Source of the DNA: a phage
Direction: 5' to 3' (one strand)
Length of the DNA stretch: 41,039 nucleotides
Sequence record: NC_093712.1
How positions within the stretch are numbered: position 1 is the stretch's first letter; the number at the start of each line of letters is the position of its first letter. A program made the translations under genes and the position numbers. The notes beneath the pieces are model-generated. The model was not told where the DNA came from and made no database searches. It saw only the letters and a list, made by a program, of their open reading frames with translations. Positions 25,179-34,117 of this stretch are shown in pieces.

Positions 25179-27436
25179 ATATTGTTTTTGCGACGCTGCG
25201 TAACACATTCGATAAAAACCCTGTAGCGCGTGAAATGCCACTGGAGCAGTTTGTGGAGTATGTCTGCGATACATCGAAGCGTTTATCCGTGGATCCGTCG
25301 TGGTCTAAGGAAGAGTACGACGCTGCCAAGATTAAGCAGAAAGCTATCGCGCCTGTTGGGGGTCGCCGTAAAAACGCTATCCTTGAAGACAGTGTGGTTA
25401 AGTTCGACTTCGACCATCTCAACCGTACTCAGTACCGCTACCTGACACGCAAATTCAAGAACGCGACGTTCTTCAACATTCTGCACACAACGGCATCGCA
25501 TCAGCATGCGTGTAAAAACGGGGATTACGCATTCCGCGTTCTGGTTCCAGCTCGCACGCCGTTTAACTCTAACGACGCGTGGATGGTGCAACGTGCTATT
25601 TGTGCCGAGTTAGAAATAGATGAATCGCTGCGCGACCACTGCACGGAAGACGGCAACCGCCTCATCTACCTGCCACATAAAGAGTCTAAGATAACGGTTA
25701 CAGAAGGGCGTGTTATCCGTGCGGAGCGGTACATCAAGAAAGCCGAAGAGATGGGGCTGCGTAAACGCGAGGCTAAGACACTTGCCGCCGATGAGCACGG
25801 GCTTAACGCAGATATAGCTCATTTCTGCGAAGCCGAGCTGGGCCTTGACGCTTTATCTTCCGGCCGAGGGTATGAAGTGCCATGCCCTAATGAACATCTG
25901 CATACAGGCAAAGGCTCCACCAGCATCATGCTTGACGGTAAAGAGGTGCGCTTCGTGTGCCAGCACACAAACAACGGCGCTTGTACCGAGCTTAACCGTC
26001 GGCAACATTTGGCCTTGCGTATGTGCGGCCTGCCCGACGAGCTTAACGTAGACAAGCAACCTATCAGTATTAACAGCATTCGTGCGGCTTTGCCTGACTT
26101 ACCGGACGAAGAGATTGAAGAACTGCACCGCACAGAGAACGAGGAGCCTGTAACTTGTACGCTTGAAGACCTCGAAGACGAGCCGGAAGTAGAAAAAGAA
26201 CCTGCTTACCCCGTAGTAGACGGCCTTATGCAGACCAACGAATCGTTCTACATTTGCGCAAAGTCCCACACTGGTAAGTCAACATTTAGTATGGCGATTG
26301 ATGCTGCTATCGCCGCCGAAAAAAGATATGCGTTCGGTGGTGCTGAGGTCGCAGAAGGTTGTGCATTTATCTTCGCGGGCGAAGGTGCGCAGTCGTTCGA
26401 GAGTCATAAAAAATCTTTGCAGATTGCACTTGGCGATAGCCTCGACCGCTTACACATTATCGATTGTGTTGCAGATGGGTGTAACCTCCTCGACGAAGCA
26501 TGGCGTCGCCAGGCGGTGAGAATGATGCGCCGTGTTGCCGGTGAAGAGAAAATTGTAAAGGTTACGTTTGATACTCTACAAACTTGCATACCGGGCTTCG
26601 ACGAGAACGACAACCGGTCTATGAAAGAAGCAGCGCAGGCGCTTAACGAAATAGCATCGACGCTTAACGCCGCGGTAGGTGCAATGGTGCACCCGACTAA
26701 AAACATCGACGAAACCGTACCATCCGAGAACGGCATGATGCCGAAAGGTGGTAGTGATTTTCACAACTCCATCGATAACGGGATGTTTCTGCATAAACCG
26801 GACAACGATAACAACTTAGAGATAAACCTGTACCACATAAAGAACCGAAACGGAGAACGGCAGAAAGCCAGAGGATTCGTAATACAGAAGATTCAGATAG
26901 CGGAACCACCAGAAAAGAAAGAACCAACTCACAACTTCATGGGTCTTCCAGAAGGGTACAGTAGTGACGATGTGCGCGATTTTGACGCGGGAAATCCGCA
27001 TATTGATGTCTTTGTCAACTTCAACGCCTTCTCTGTCTTCGTGAAGAAAGTAGAAGGTATGACCGACGAACAGAAGGAAGCCGTTAAAGAAAAGGTAGGC
27101 CAGTTCGAGAAACTGGATTCCAAAGAGGCTACGGTTATTTACGCATTGGGTAAATTGCAGGAGCAGGGTGACGACAAGCGCGGGTTTTCTATGTCCGCTA
27201 TCGTCAAAGCGGCGAAAGAAGATAGTTACGGCGTACCGATTAACGCTAATAACGACCTTCGAAAGAAACTGGAAGAGATGCATGAGGCCGGGATTATCGT
27301 CTCGGGTCTGGATAACAACAACAGGCCCATACCTAAGCAGTACCGGCTGCCGTGGGGCATAAACGACAACAAGATTCCGAAGACGATATACGAACCGAAT
27401 GAGATGCTGATAGTGACCGAGGAAGATTTGGAATAG
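25175..27436 (+). CDS. replication protein: primase-like N-terminal region with zinc-binding motif fused to P-loop NTPase (helicase-like) domain
   Basis: 753 aa; CPNEHLHTGKG...CQHTNNGAC zinc-finger-like; Walker A AKSHTGKST and Walker B-like hydrophobic-D segment. Confidence 0.6.
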   Translation: MNIVFATLRNTFDKNPVAREMPLEQFVEYVCDTSKRLSVDPSWSKEEYDAAKIKQKAIAPVGGRRKNAILEDSVVKFDFDHLNRTQYRYLTRKFKNATFFNILHTTASHQHACKNGDYAFRVLVPARTPFNSNDAWMVQRAICAELEIDESLRDHCTEDGNRLIYLPHKESKITVTEGRVIRAERYIKKAEEMGLRKREAKTLAADEHGLNADIAHFCEAELGLDALSSGRGYEVPCPNEHLHTGKGSTSIMLDGKEVRFVCQHTNNGACTELNRRQHLALRMCGLPDELNVDKQPISINSIRAALPDLPDEEIEELHRTENEEPVTCTLEDLEDEPEVEKEPAYPVVDGLMQTNESFYICAKSHTGKSTFSMAIDAAIAAEKRYAFGGAEVAEGCAFIFAGEGAQSFESHKKSLQIALGDSLDRLHIIDCVADGCNLLDEAWRRQAVRMMRRVAGEEKIVKVTFDTLQTCIPGFDENDNRSMKEAAQALNEIASTLNAAVGAMVHPTKNIDETVPSENGMMPKGGSDFHNSIDNGMFLHKPDNDNNLEINLYHIKNRNGERQKARGFVIQKIQIAEPPEKKEPTHNFMGLPEGYSSDDVRDFDAGNPHIDVFVNFNAFSVFVKKVEGMTDEQKEAVKEKVGQFEKLDSKEATVIYALGKLQEQGDDKRGFSMSAIVKAAKEDSYGVPINANNDLRKKLEEMHEAGIIVSGLDNNNRPIPKQYRLPWGINDNKIPKTIYEPNEMLIVTEEDLE

Positions 27437-27445
27437 GCAAAAAGA

Positions 27446-27464
27446 AAGGGGCGTTAAGCCCCTT
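27446..27464. terminator. bidirectional hairpin terminator between convergent primase and XRE genes
   Basis: AAGGGGC-GTTAA-GCCCCTT; the XRE stop codon lies in the loop. Confidence 0.6.
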
Positions 27465-27669
27465 CACCTAGCGCCAGCCACTTGGCGTCTACTTCCAGCA
27501 CTTCCGCCAGTTTAAACAGCGTTGCCGGGCGGACGTCCTGAGTTACACCGAGCGCAAGCTGGTTAATCGCGCCCTGGGAAACGCCGGTCAGGACAGCCAG
27601 ACGGCGCTGGGAGATGCCGAGTTCTTTACGGCGTTGTTCTACGCGGATGCCTAGTTCAGATGGTTGCAT
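27454..27669 (-). CDS. XRE/Cro-CI family HTH transcriptional repressor
   Basis: 71 aa; RKELGISQRRLAVLTGVSQGAINQLALG is a canonical XRE-type HTH; divergently placed beside operator-bearing promoters; RBS TAAGGAG. Confidence 0.75.
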   Translation of the reverse strand: MQPSELGIRVEQRRKELGISQRRLAVLTGVSQGAINQLALGVTQDVRPATLFKLAEVLEVDAKWLALGEGA

Positions 27670-27689
27670 GTTAATTACTCCTTAGTCAG

Positions 27690-27762
27690 TTGATATGTGA
27701 ATAGTACCATATTAATTATTTTAGAAAAGCCCATTGACAAGTGAATAGTTCGCTATTATAGT
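27690..27762 (+). promoter_or_regulatory. tandem early-right promoters (TTGATA-17-TAATTA and TTGACA-17-TATAGT), each with operator AATAG-N4-(C/A)TATT in the spacer; overlaps divergent -10 TATAAT for the XRE gene
   Basis: Operators at 27700-27713 and 27744-27757; minus-strand TATAAT at 27760..27755. Confidence 0.55.
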
Positions 27763-27793
27763 TAGCCCATACCAAACGAGAGGAGAGAAACAA

Positions 27794-28258
27794 ATGTTAG
27801 AGAAATTCTTAGTATTACTGGAACGTTTCGTAGTTGCGCATGAACTGATTGCCGCGAACAGTGCGAAACAAGTTGTTCAGGTTGCCGAAACTGCAACAAT
27901 AGAGCCTACTGTTGTGAAAGAAGTAACGAAAGAAATCCCGGTCGAAGGTGAAGACATCGTCGACACTAAACCGGCAGAAGAAGAGAAGCCGAAACGCAAG
28001 CCGCGTAAAGCTAAAGCAGAGGAACCGACGCCAGAGCCGGAAGAAGAGGTAGATTACGGGTCTCTTCGTGATCAGATTCAGGCTATCGACGATGCAATTA
28101 ACGAAGGTCCGAGTGATGCCGCGTGTGACGATTCTGATGAACTGCTGGAAGAGTTCACCGGCAAGAAGATGAAGATTGCCGCGATTAAAGACGAAGACTT
28201 GGCGGAATACCTGGAACGCCTGACGGCAATCAAGAACAAGTATTTCGAAGAAGAATAA
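27794..28258 (+). CDS. highly acidic, low-complexity early protein (function unknown)
   Basis: 154 aa; Glu/Asp/Pro/Lys-rich central region and acidic C-terminus; first gene of early-right operon. Confidence 0.6.
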   Translation: MLEKFLVLLERFVVAHELIAANSAKQVVQVAETATIEPTVVKEVTKEIPVEGEDIVDTKPAEEEKPKRKPRKAKAEEPTPEPEEEVDYGSLRDQIQAIDDAINEGPSDAACDDSDELLEEFTGKKMKIAAIKDEDLAEYLERLTAIKNKYFEEE

Positions 28259-28301
28259 CTATCCTGCGGCCTTCGGGCCGCTTTAACTGAGGGGCGGAAT
28301 T

Positions 28302-28580
28302 ATGATTTACCAACTCTACCGCGCCGTAGACAGGCGGGATAACACAGAGGCGCTATGGCTATTGCGTGCGCCGTCCGGTGCGCACCAGATGGAAGAGATG
28401 GCGTACTTAGGCAAAGTGCCGCGGCCTAAAGATATAGGCCGTCACGTGTCGCAGATTAAACGCACGACTTTCGCCAAGCCTGACTTTTATGTCTTCGAGT
28501 CGATGTACGGCTGGGCCTTACATTGTGACCACAAGACCAGACATTTAATCGACCAGTGGGAGAACAGGGTATGTTTGTGA
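28302..28580 (+). CDS. hypothetical protein (92 aa)
   Basis: ORF track; RBS GAGGGG. Confidence 0.5.
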   Translation: MIYQLYRAVDRRDNTEALWLLRAPSGAHQMEEMAYLGKVPRPKDIGRHVSQIKRTTFAKPDFYVFESMYGWALHCDHKTRHLIDQWENRVCL

Positions 28581-28711
28581 TTATGTATCAAATCGGTGAG
28601 GAAGAGTACGAACACAGTAGATACCTTACATCCGCAGAGGCCGAGAATATGATACACGAACTTGACGCTGACAGTTTCGACTACGCATGGATTGAGGAGA
28701 GTGAGGAGTGA
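28571..28711 (+). CDS. hypothetical small acidic protein (46 aa)
   Basis: Manually found ORF MFVIMYQIGEEEYEHSRYLTSAEAENMIHELDADSFDYAWIEESEE. Confidence 0.3.
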   Translation: MFVIMYQIGEEEYEHSRYLTSAEAENMIHELDADSFDYAWIEESEE

Positions 28712-28862
28712 CGAACCGTAAAGCCCGTTTTCTGTTTGTTAAACGCCATCAGCCTTTTCGCGTAAGCAACTCGACTTGGCTGATTATATTCAACCGTAGC
28801 GGCGACACGTGCACCTACAAACGCAAAACGCGTAAAGTTAAATGGGGTGGGAGTTTAAGAGC

Positions 28863-30146
28863 ATGAAACTAAAAGAACGTGGCGGCAATAACGATGTGCA
28901 CGCCCTGCTGTCGCCGTCTGGGGCTAAAAAGTGGCTAAGTTGCGCCGCATCGCTGGCCTGTGAAAAAGATATTCCTAACACGTCAGGTAAAGCTGCTGTA
29001 TTAGGCACAGCTATGCACACAATAGCTGAGGTCCATCTCAACGCCTATATCCGCGGAACTGCGTTGCCGCTAGAGCGTGAAGTCGGTGCTTACGTGCTGG
29101 ATGAGGGTAAAGGCCAGATTAAGGCGCTAATCAGCCCGATGAAAGGCGCGGTACTGATTACGGCGGACATGATTGAGCAGGTGCAAAAGTATACCGACTA
29201 CTGCAAAGCGATTATTGATGTAGCGACTTACGCCAAGCTGGAAATGCGTATCAATCTTACACAGATTCTACACCCCGGGTACAAAGTACCCGTTGAAGGT
29301 GAAGAAGGTGAAGAAGGCGAGGAAGATGATTTAGAGACGTTCGGAACGGCTGACCTTGTTGCCGTTCAGGAACTGGCTAACACCGACGAGTACATGCTCA
29401 TTATTGGCGACCTTAAAACGGGTCGGCATCGTGTCGAAGCGAAAGAAAACAAGCAGCTTATGCTTTACGCTCTCGGTGTTTATCGCAGACTCAAGAGACG
29501 TTATAACATCACCGTGGTCCGTCTGGTTATCTTCCAGCCGTACGCGGGCGGTGCGTCGGAGTGGGACATCTCGGTTGAGGGACTTGAACTGTTCGCTAAG
29601 TTCGCACAGAAACGGGCGCTGTTGGCCCTTGATGCCTATTTCCGCGGTAAGAAGAACCTGAAAGCGTCGGACTTCAAGCCATCGGCCGATGGTTGCCAGT
29701 GGTGCCGGTTCTCTGAACAATGCGCCGCGCGTACAAAGACGGTTAATTCTGTACTGGCGGAAGAACTTGAAGACGACTTTGCGCTGGAACTGACACCAGA
29801 GCAACTCGTAGCTGAGTATGAGAAGTTGCCGTTGTTGCGCCAGCACATCGACAAGGTTGAAAAAGCTATGGCCGCCGCGCTGCATTCCGGTAAGAAAGTG
29901 CCTGGGTACAAACTGGTCGAGGGACGTCCTGGCAATCGTGCGTGGAAAGACGCGGAGAAAGTAACAGAACTCTACGGCGACAAGCTGACTAAAGAAGTGC
30001 TCATGTCACCTACCGAAGCTGTTAAAGTCATACCGGAAGAAGAACTGAAAGACTTCATTACCCGTAAGCCGGGCGCACCATGTGTCGCAACGGCAGACGA
30101 CAAACGTCCTGAGTGGAATCAGGTAACAGAGGAGGATTTAGAATGA
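28863..30146 (+). CDS. PD-(D/E)XK nuclease, DUF2800 / Cas4-RecB-like exonuclease
   Basis: N-terminal HALLSPSGAKKWLSCAAS, D...IGDLKTG catalytic-type motif, C-terminal Cys cluster CQWCRFSEQC; ATG at 28863 has GGGAG RBS (track start 28842). Confidence 0.65.
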   Translation: MKLKERGGNNDVHALLSPSGAKKWLSCAASLACEKDIPNTSGKAAVLGTAMHTIAEVHLNAYIRGTALPLEREVGAYVLDEGKGQIKALISPMKGAVLITADMIEQVQKYTDYCKAIIDVATYAKLEMRINLTQILHPGYKVPVEGEEGEEGEEDDLETFGTADLVAVQELANTDEYMLIIGDLKTGRHRVEAKENKQLMLYALGVYRRLKRRYNITVVRLVIFQPYAGGASEWDISVEGLELFAKFAQKRALLALDAYFRGKKNLKASDFKPSADGCQWCRFSEQCAARTKTVNSVLAEELEDDFALELTPEQLVAEYEKLPLLRQHIDKVEKAMAAALHSGKKVPGYKLVEGRPGNRAWKDAEKVTELYGDKLTKEVLMSPTEAVKVIPEEELKDFITRKPGAPCVATADDKRPEWNQVTEEDLE

Positions 30147-30298
30147 GTACGATTCAGGAATTACATAAAAGCTACTTACAACAACACCGAAACGGCGCCA
30201 AGCTGGGCAGGAGCAAAACAATATACCGGGTATTCAGGATGGTAATTAGGGATGAGTCGGCTAAAATTATACGTATGACAAAAGAAACGTTTAAATAA
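30143..30298 (+). CDS. hypothetical small basic protein (51 aa)
   Basis: ATGA-coupled ATG at 30143 (track ORF starts at 30113). Confidence 0.4.
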   Translation: MSTIQELHKSYLQQHRNGAKLGRSKTIYRVFRMVIRDESAKIIRMTKETFK

Positions 30299-30301
30299 AG
30301 T

Positions 30302-30330
30302 GTTGACACCTGAATAGTAAGCTATTATAG
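30302..30330 (+). promoter_or_regulatory. promoter TTGACA-17-TATAGT with operator AATAG-N4-CTATT (30312-30325)
   Basis: Perfect -35, operator in spacer; upstream of SSB-like gene. Confidence 0.55.
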
Positions 30331-30386
30331 TTCTAATCACTGGCCGGGCAGCTTCCCCGGAGTAAACTTAAAAGCGAGAAATCACG

Positions 30387-31013
30387 ATGGGTATTAAACT
30401 GAATCTGCGTAAAGTAAACACTGCATGGGTTAACGTATTCGAACGCGAAAAAGACCGTGAAAACGATGACGGCTCGATCACTAAAGGCCAGTACAGCGCG
30501 ACTATCATCTTGCCGTCTGACCATGCTCAAATCGATGCGCTCTACGACACTGTTTACGCTGTAGTTGAAGAAGCGTTAGGCGCAGCCGCCGCAGAGAAGT
30601 GGATGAAGTCCAACTACGGCGAAGGAAAGCACATGGATAAATGCGCGATTAAAGACATTGCCGAGCGTGACAATCCGTTTGAAGACTTCCCGGAGGGCTT
30701 CTACTTCAAAGCGAAGGCACAGAAGCAGCCGCTGATTGTAACCTCTAAAAAAGGTGAGACTCAGGTAGAGCAGGACTTCAACGTAGACGGCGAACAGATT
30801 GAAGGTGAACAAGTTTACAGCGGCTGCGTCGCTAACGTAAGCGTCGAAATCTGGTTCAGCCAGAAATATAAAGTTCTCGGGGTTAACCTGCTGGCGATTA
30901 AATACGTAGGCGAAGGTAAAGCGTTCGGTGGTTCTAAAGTCGCCGCAAGCGTCAACGACCTGGAAGACGACGAAGAAGATGAAGCACCGCGCCGCGAGCG
31001 TCGTCGCCGCTAA
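30387..31013 (+). CDS. ssDNA-binding protein, DUF2815-like
   Basis: 208 aa with acidic C-terminal tail DLEDDEEDE then RRERRRR; adjacent to DUF2800 nuclease as in many phage replication modules. Confidence 0.55.
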   Translation: MGIKLNLRKVNTAWVNVFEREKDRENDDGSITKGQYSATIILPSDHAQIDALYDTVYAVVEEALGAAAAEKWMKSNYGEGKHMDKCAIKDIAERDNPFEDFPEGFYFKAKAQKQPLIVTSKKGETQVEQDFNVDGEQIEGEQVYSGCVANVSVEIWFSQKYKVLGVNLLAIKYVGEGKAFGGSKVAASVNDLEDDEEDEAPRRERRRR

Positions 31014-31032
31014 TATCTGAATCAATTTAACT

Positions 31033-31056
31033 AAGGCCCTTCATTGGGCCTTTTTA
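31033..31056 (+). terminator. rho-independent terminator between SSB and DNA polymerase genes
   Basis: AAGGCCC-TTCATT-GGGCCTT followed by TTTTTACT. Confidence 0.65.
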
Positions 31057-31072
31057 CTAAGGGTCGAAAATA

Positions 31073-33253
31073 ATGAGTTACCTGTTCTTAGACTTTGAAA
31101 CATTCTCCGAAGCCGATTTAAAGAAATTCGGCTCCTATGCTTACGCCGAACACCCGACTACCGAAGTGCTTATCTGTACCTATGCTTTTGACGACGAGCC
31201 TGTACGGGTATGGGATTGCACAGACGGCAGCGACATGCCGGGGGATTTGCACCGCGCACTGCGCCGCCTGGTGAAGCCAAACAGTCGCATTAAGATGGTG
31301 TGGCACAACGGCTCAATGTTCGACAGGCTCATAATGAAGCATTGCTGGGACTTTGATATTCCGGTAAGCAACACCATTGATACGATGATTTGGGCGTTTC
31401 GTCACGCGCTGCCGGGTTCTCTTGATGCGCTGTGTGAAGTGCTTGGCGTGTCCGCAGACAACGCGAAAGACAAACGAGGCAAAGCGCTTATTCAGCGTTT
31501 TTCTAAACCGACACCGAAGAACTACAAAATCCGCCGCTACACTGCTGAAACGCACCCGGATGAGTGGGCGCTGTTCATCAAGTACGCCGTTAGCGACATC
31601 ACCGCGATGCGTGAAGTGTTCCATAAGCTGCCACGTTGGGGCAACTCCGAGTTCGAAGACCGTGTGCTGGAACTGGACCAGTTAATCAACGACCGCGGGT
31701 TTAAGGTTGACGTTGCACTGGCGGAAGCCGCGATTGAAGCCGTGGAGAAACACAAAGCGCAGTTACAGGAAGAAGCCCAACGTAAATACGGCGGCTCGCT
31801 TACCGGAAAGGACTTCCTTCCTATTCTGCGTGAACTCGCACCGGCGCACCGTATTCACAACGCACAGAAGTCAACGCTTAACGACCTGCTCGCTGACGAC
31901 GATTTACCGGACGACGCCAGCGCGATTATCGAGATGCGACTCGGGGCCGCGTCTACCGCGTCAACTAAATATAACCCGCTGTTGTTGGGCCGCTCTTCTG
32001 ACGACCGCCGTCGCGGTTGCATACAATATGGTGGAGCTAAGCGTACGTTACGGTTTGCAGGTAAAGGCTTCCAGCCGCAGAACCTCGCACGCGGGTACTA
32101 TCACGATGATGAACTGGATAAAGGAATTTCTGCGTTACTTAAGGGCCGCGCTCATCGTCGATTTGACGTAGCCAAGCTAACGGCATCTACCGTTCGTAGC
32201 TGCATCATACCGGAAACTGGACATAAGTTTGTCGTTGCCGATTACTCTAACGTCGAAGGCCGCGGGCTTGCGTGGCTGGCGGGGGAAGAAACCGCGCTAG
32301 ATACGTTCCGTGCCGGACTGGATATTTACTGCGTAACCGCGGGTAAGATGTTCGGTATGGAGCCGGATTACATTAAGAAAGAACGTAAAGACTTACGCCA
32401 GATTGGTAAGGCATGCGAACTGGGACTTGGCTACGCGGGTGGTGTCGGCGCATTCGTACAGTTCGCCAAGAACCTCGGCCTTGACCTTGTTGATATGGCA
32501 AGAACAATGGACGGGACTTTCCCCGACCACATCTGGGCCGCTACCGCGCGTGGGTATGAGTGGGCGCGTATTCAGGAAGCCAAGAGACCGCCACGTCCCG
32601 GTGAAAAAGATGACCGACCATCATATATTCTGGACAAGAAAGTGTGGCGTACCTGCGACGCTATCAAGCGTATGTGGCGCGAGTCTCATCCTGAAACAGT
32701 AGCTTTCTGGCGAGATATTGAAGACGCAGCTATGGCGGCTATCCGCAATCCAGGTAAAGAGTTCACTGCAGGTCCGCGCGGCGTTAAGTTTTCGCGTAAC
32801 GTAGAGACAGACAACAACGGCAACAAAGTCGCCGGTTGGTGGTTGCGTATGACGTTGCCGTCTGGTCGAGTTATGTCATACCCTGGCGTCGGGTTAAGCG
32901 TGTCGAAAGAGACAGACGAAGACGGGAAGGTGTCTACCAACGTGCGCATCAAGTACCAGGGCGAAAACCAGTTAACCCGTCAGTGGGGCTTCCAGTACAC
33001 CTACTCTGGTAAACTGGTGGAAAACTGCACTCAGGCGCTGTGCCGTGATTTGTTGGCTAATGCACTGCTGAACGTCGAAGCAAACGGCTACCCGATTGTG
33101 CTTCATGTTCACGATGAGATTATCTGCGAGACACCAGATTTACCAGAATACAATGTCGCAGAACTGGAACGATTGATGTGCGAATTACCAGAGTGGGCCG
33201 AGGGGTTCCCTCTTGTAGCAGAAGGCGCGGAGATGAAGCGTTATGCCAAGTAA
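31073..33253 (+). CDS. family A DNA polymerase with N-terminal 3'-5' exonuclease domain
   Basis: Exo I motif LDFETFS; polymerase motif A VVADYSNVEGRGLAWL, motif B RQIGKACELGLGYAGG, motif C LHVHDEI. Confidence 0.85.
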   Translation: MSYLFLDFETFSEADLKKFGSYAYAEHPTTEVLICTYAFDDEPVRVWDCTDGSDMPGDLHRALRRLVKPNSRIKMVWHNGSMFDRLIMKHCWDFDIPVSNTIDTMIWAFRHALPGSLDALCEVLGVSADNAKDKRGKALIQRFSKPTPKNYKIRRYTAETHPDEWALFIKYAVSDITAMREVFHKLPRWGNSEFEDRVLELDQLINDRGFKVDVALAEAAIEAVEKHKAQLQEEAQRKYGGSLTGKDFLPILRELAPAHRIHNAQKSTLNDLLADDDLPDDASAIIEMRLGAASTASTKYNPLLLGRSSDDRRRGCIQYGGAKRTLRFAGKGFQPQNLARGYYHDDELDKGISALLKGRAHRRFDVAKLTASTVRSCIIPETGHKFVVADYSNVEGRGLAWLAGEETALDTFRAGLDIYCVTAGKMFGMEPDYIKKERKDLRQIGKACELGLGYAGGVGAFVQFAKNLGLDLVDMARTMDGTFPDHIWAATARGYEWARIQEAKRPPRPGEKDDRPSYILDKKVWRTCDAIKRMWRESHPETVAFWRDIEDAAMAAIRNPGKEFTAGPRGVKFSRNVETDNNGNKVAGWWLRMTLPSGRVMSYPGVGLSVSKETDEDGKVSTNVRIKYQGENQLTRQWGFQYTYSGKLVENCTQALCRDLLANALLNVEANGYPIVLHVHDEIICETPDLPEYNVAELERLMCELPEWAEGFPLVAEGAEMKRYAK

Positions 33254-33374
33254 ACTGATTATCGCGGTACTGGCGGGATTTGCTGCCGGTGTCTACTGTC
33301 ACGAGGGTCAATACGGCATGATGGTTGCCATATTGGGCATGTTCATCGCAATTTATCTGTGGGTGCTGGAATGA
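33243..33374 (+). CDS. small membrane protein (43 aa)
   Basis: Manually found; single hydrophobic helix; start overlaps polymerase stop. Confidence 0.35.
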   Translation: MPSKLIIAVLAGFAAGVYCHEGQYGMMVAILGMFIAIYLWVLE

Positions 33375-33484
33375 AAATCTACTGGTTTTATGAAGAAGAC
33401 TGTCGAATCTGTCCGCGCTGCGGTATTGAACATACGAAACGTGAGGGGTGTGTATTACGACAATGTTTGTATTGCGGACGATAG
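33371..33484 (+). CDS. small zinc-ribbon protein (37 aa)
   Basis: Manually found; CRICPRCG...CLYCG two CxxC pairs; ATGA coupling. Confidence 0.35.
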   Translation: MKIYWFYEEDCRICPRCGIEHTKREGCVLRQCLYCGR

Positions 33485-33609
33485 TAACCATGCTAGCGCT
33501 GTTTCTAGGCGCGGGAATAGCTGCGATGTTCTGTTACGGCCTGTTCTTTAAGTTTGTTGGCGTTGCCGTTCTAGGCGGGGCTTTCCTTACTTGGATTCTG
33601 CGCTCATGA
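33463..33609 (+). CDS. small membrane protein (48 aa, two hydrophobic segments)
   Basis: Manually found; overlaps neighbours. Confidence 0.3.
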   Translation: MFVLRTIVTMLALFLGAGIAAMFCYGLFFKFVGVAVLGGAFLTWILRS

Positions 33610-33890
33610 CACCGGAAGGCAAAATACAGAAATACGCAAAAGAGCGATTCGAGGCCATCGGCGGCCTCGTTCGTAAGCTCTCCTACGAGGGGCGCTCCGG
33701 CGCTCCCGACCTGCTGGTAATTCTCCCCGGCGGCATAGTCTGGTTCGTCGAGGTGAAGAAAGACGAAAACACGAAGCCGGACCCGCACCAGATACGTGAG
33801 CACGAGCGGATGCGTAAACGTGGTGCGAATGTTTTTGTCGTTGGTTCGTTTAAACAGGTTGACGACCTAATAGCGAGCTATTATAGTTAA
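33606..33890 (+). CDS. VRR-NUC domain nuclease
   Basis: PD-(D/E)XK-type signature GAPDLLVIL...VWFVEVKK; ATG at 33606 is ATGA-coupled (track start 33591 is TTG). Confidence 0.7.
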   Translation: MTPEGKIQKYAKERFEAIGGLVRKLSYEGRSGAPDLLVILPGGIVWFVEVKKDENTKPDPHQIREHERMRKRGANVFVVGSFKQVDDLIASYYS

Positions 33891-33920
33891 TCACACACCA
33901 ACAATATAAGGAATTGAGAA

Positions 33921-34115
33921 ATGAAACACGAATATGACCGCAAACCAGCACGTGACATCGTACCTGGCGATATGATTTTCAACGTTAAGACCCGCCACCC
34001 TGTTGCCGTTGATACGGTGTTCGTCGAGTCGAACGGTAAACTGGTTATCGAAGATGTAACGGGCAACGTTACCGCGTTCGGGCGTAAAGAGCTGGTACTC
34101 TACGTTAAGGATTGA
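33921..34115 (+). CDS. hypothetical protein (64 aa)
   Basis: ORF track; RBS AAGGAA. Confidence 0.5.
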   Translation: MKHEYDRKPARDIVPGDMIFNVKTRHPVAVDTVFVESNGKLVIEDVTGNVTAFGRKELVLYVKD

Positions 34116-34117
34116 GC

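Noticed and set aside
25283-27283. Several minus-strand ORFs (25283..25591, 25819..26133, 26404..26736, 26816..27283) inside the primase/helicase gene
   Set aside because: Antisense to a long ORF with clear Walker motifs; translations are Cys/Arg/Ser-rich and lack RBS.
29290-29335. GAAGGT/GAAGGC trinucleotide-type repeats encoding EGEEGEEGEEDD inside the DUF2800 nuclease gene
   Set aside because: In-frame acidic low-complexity linker within a coding region, not a CRISPR or regulatory repeat.
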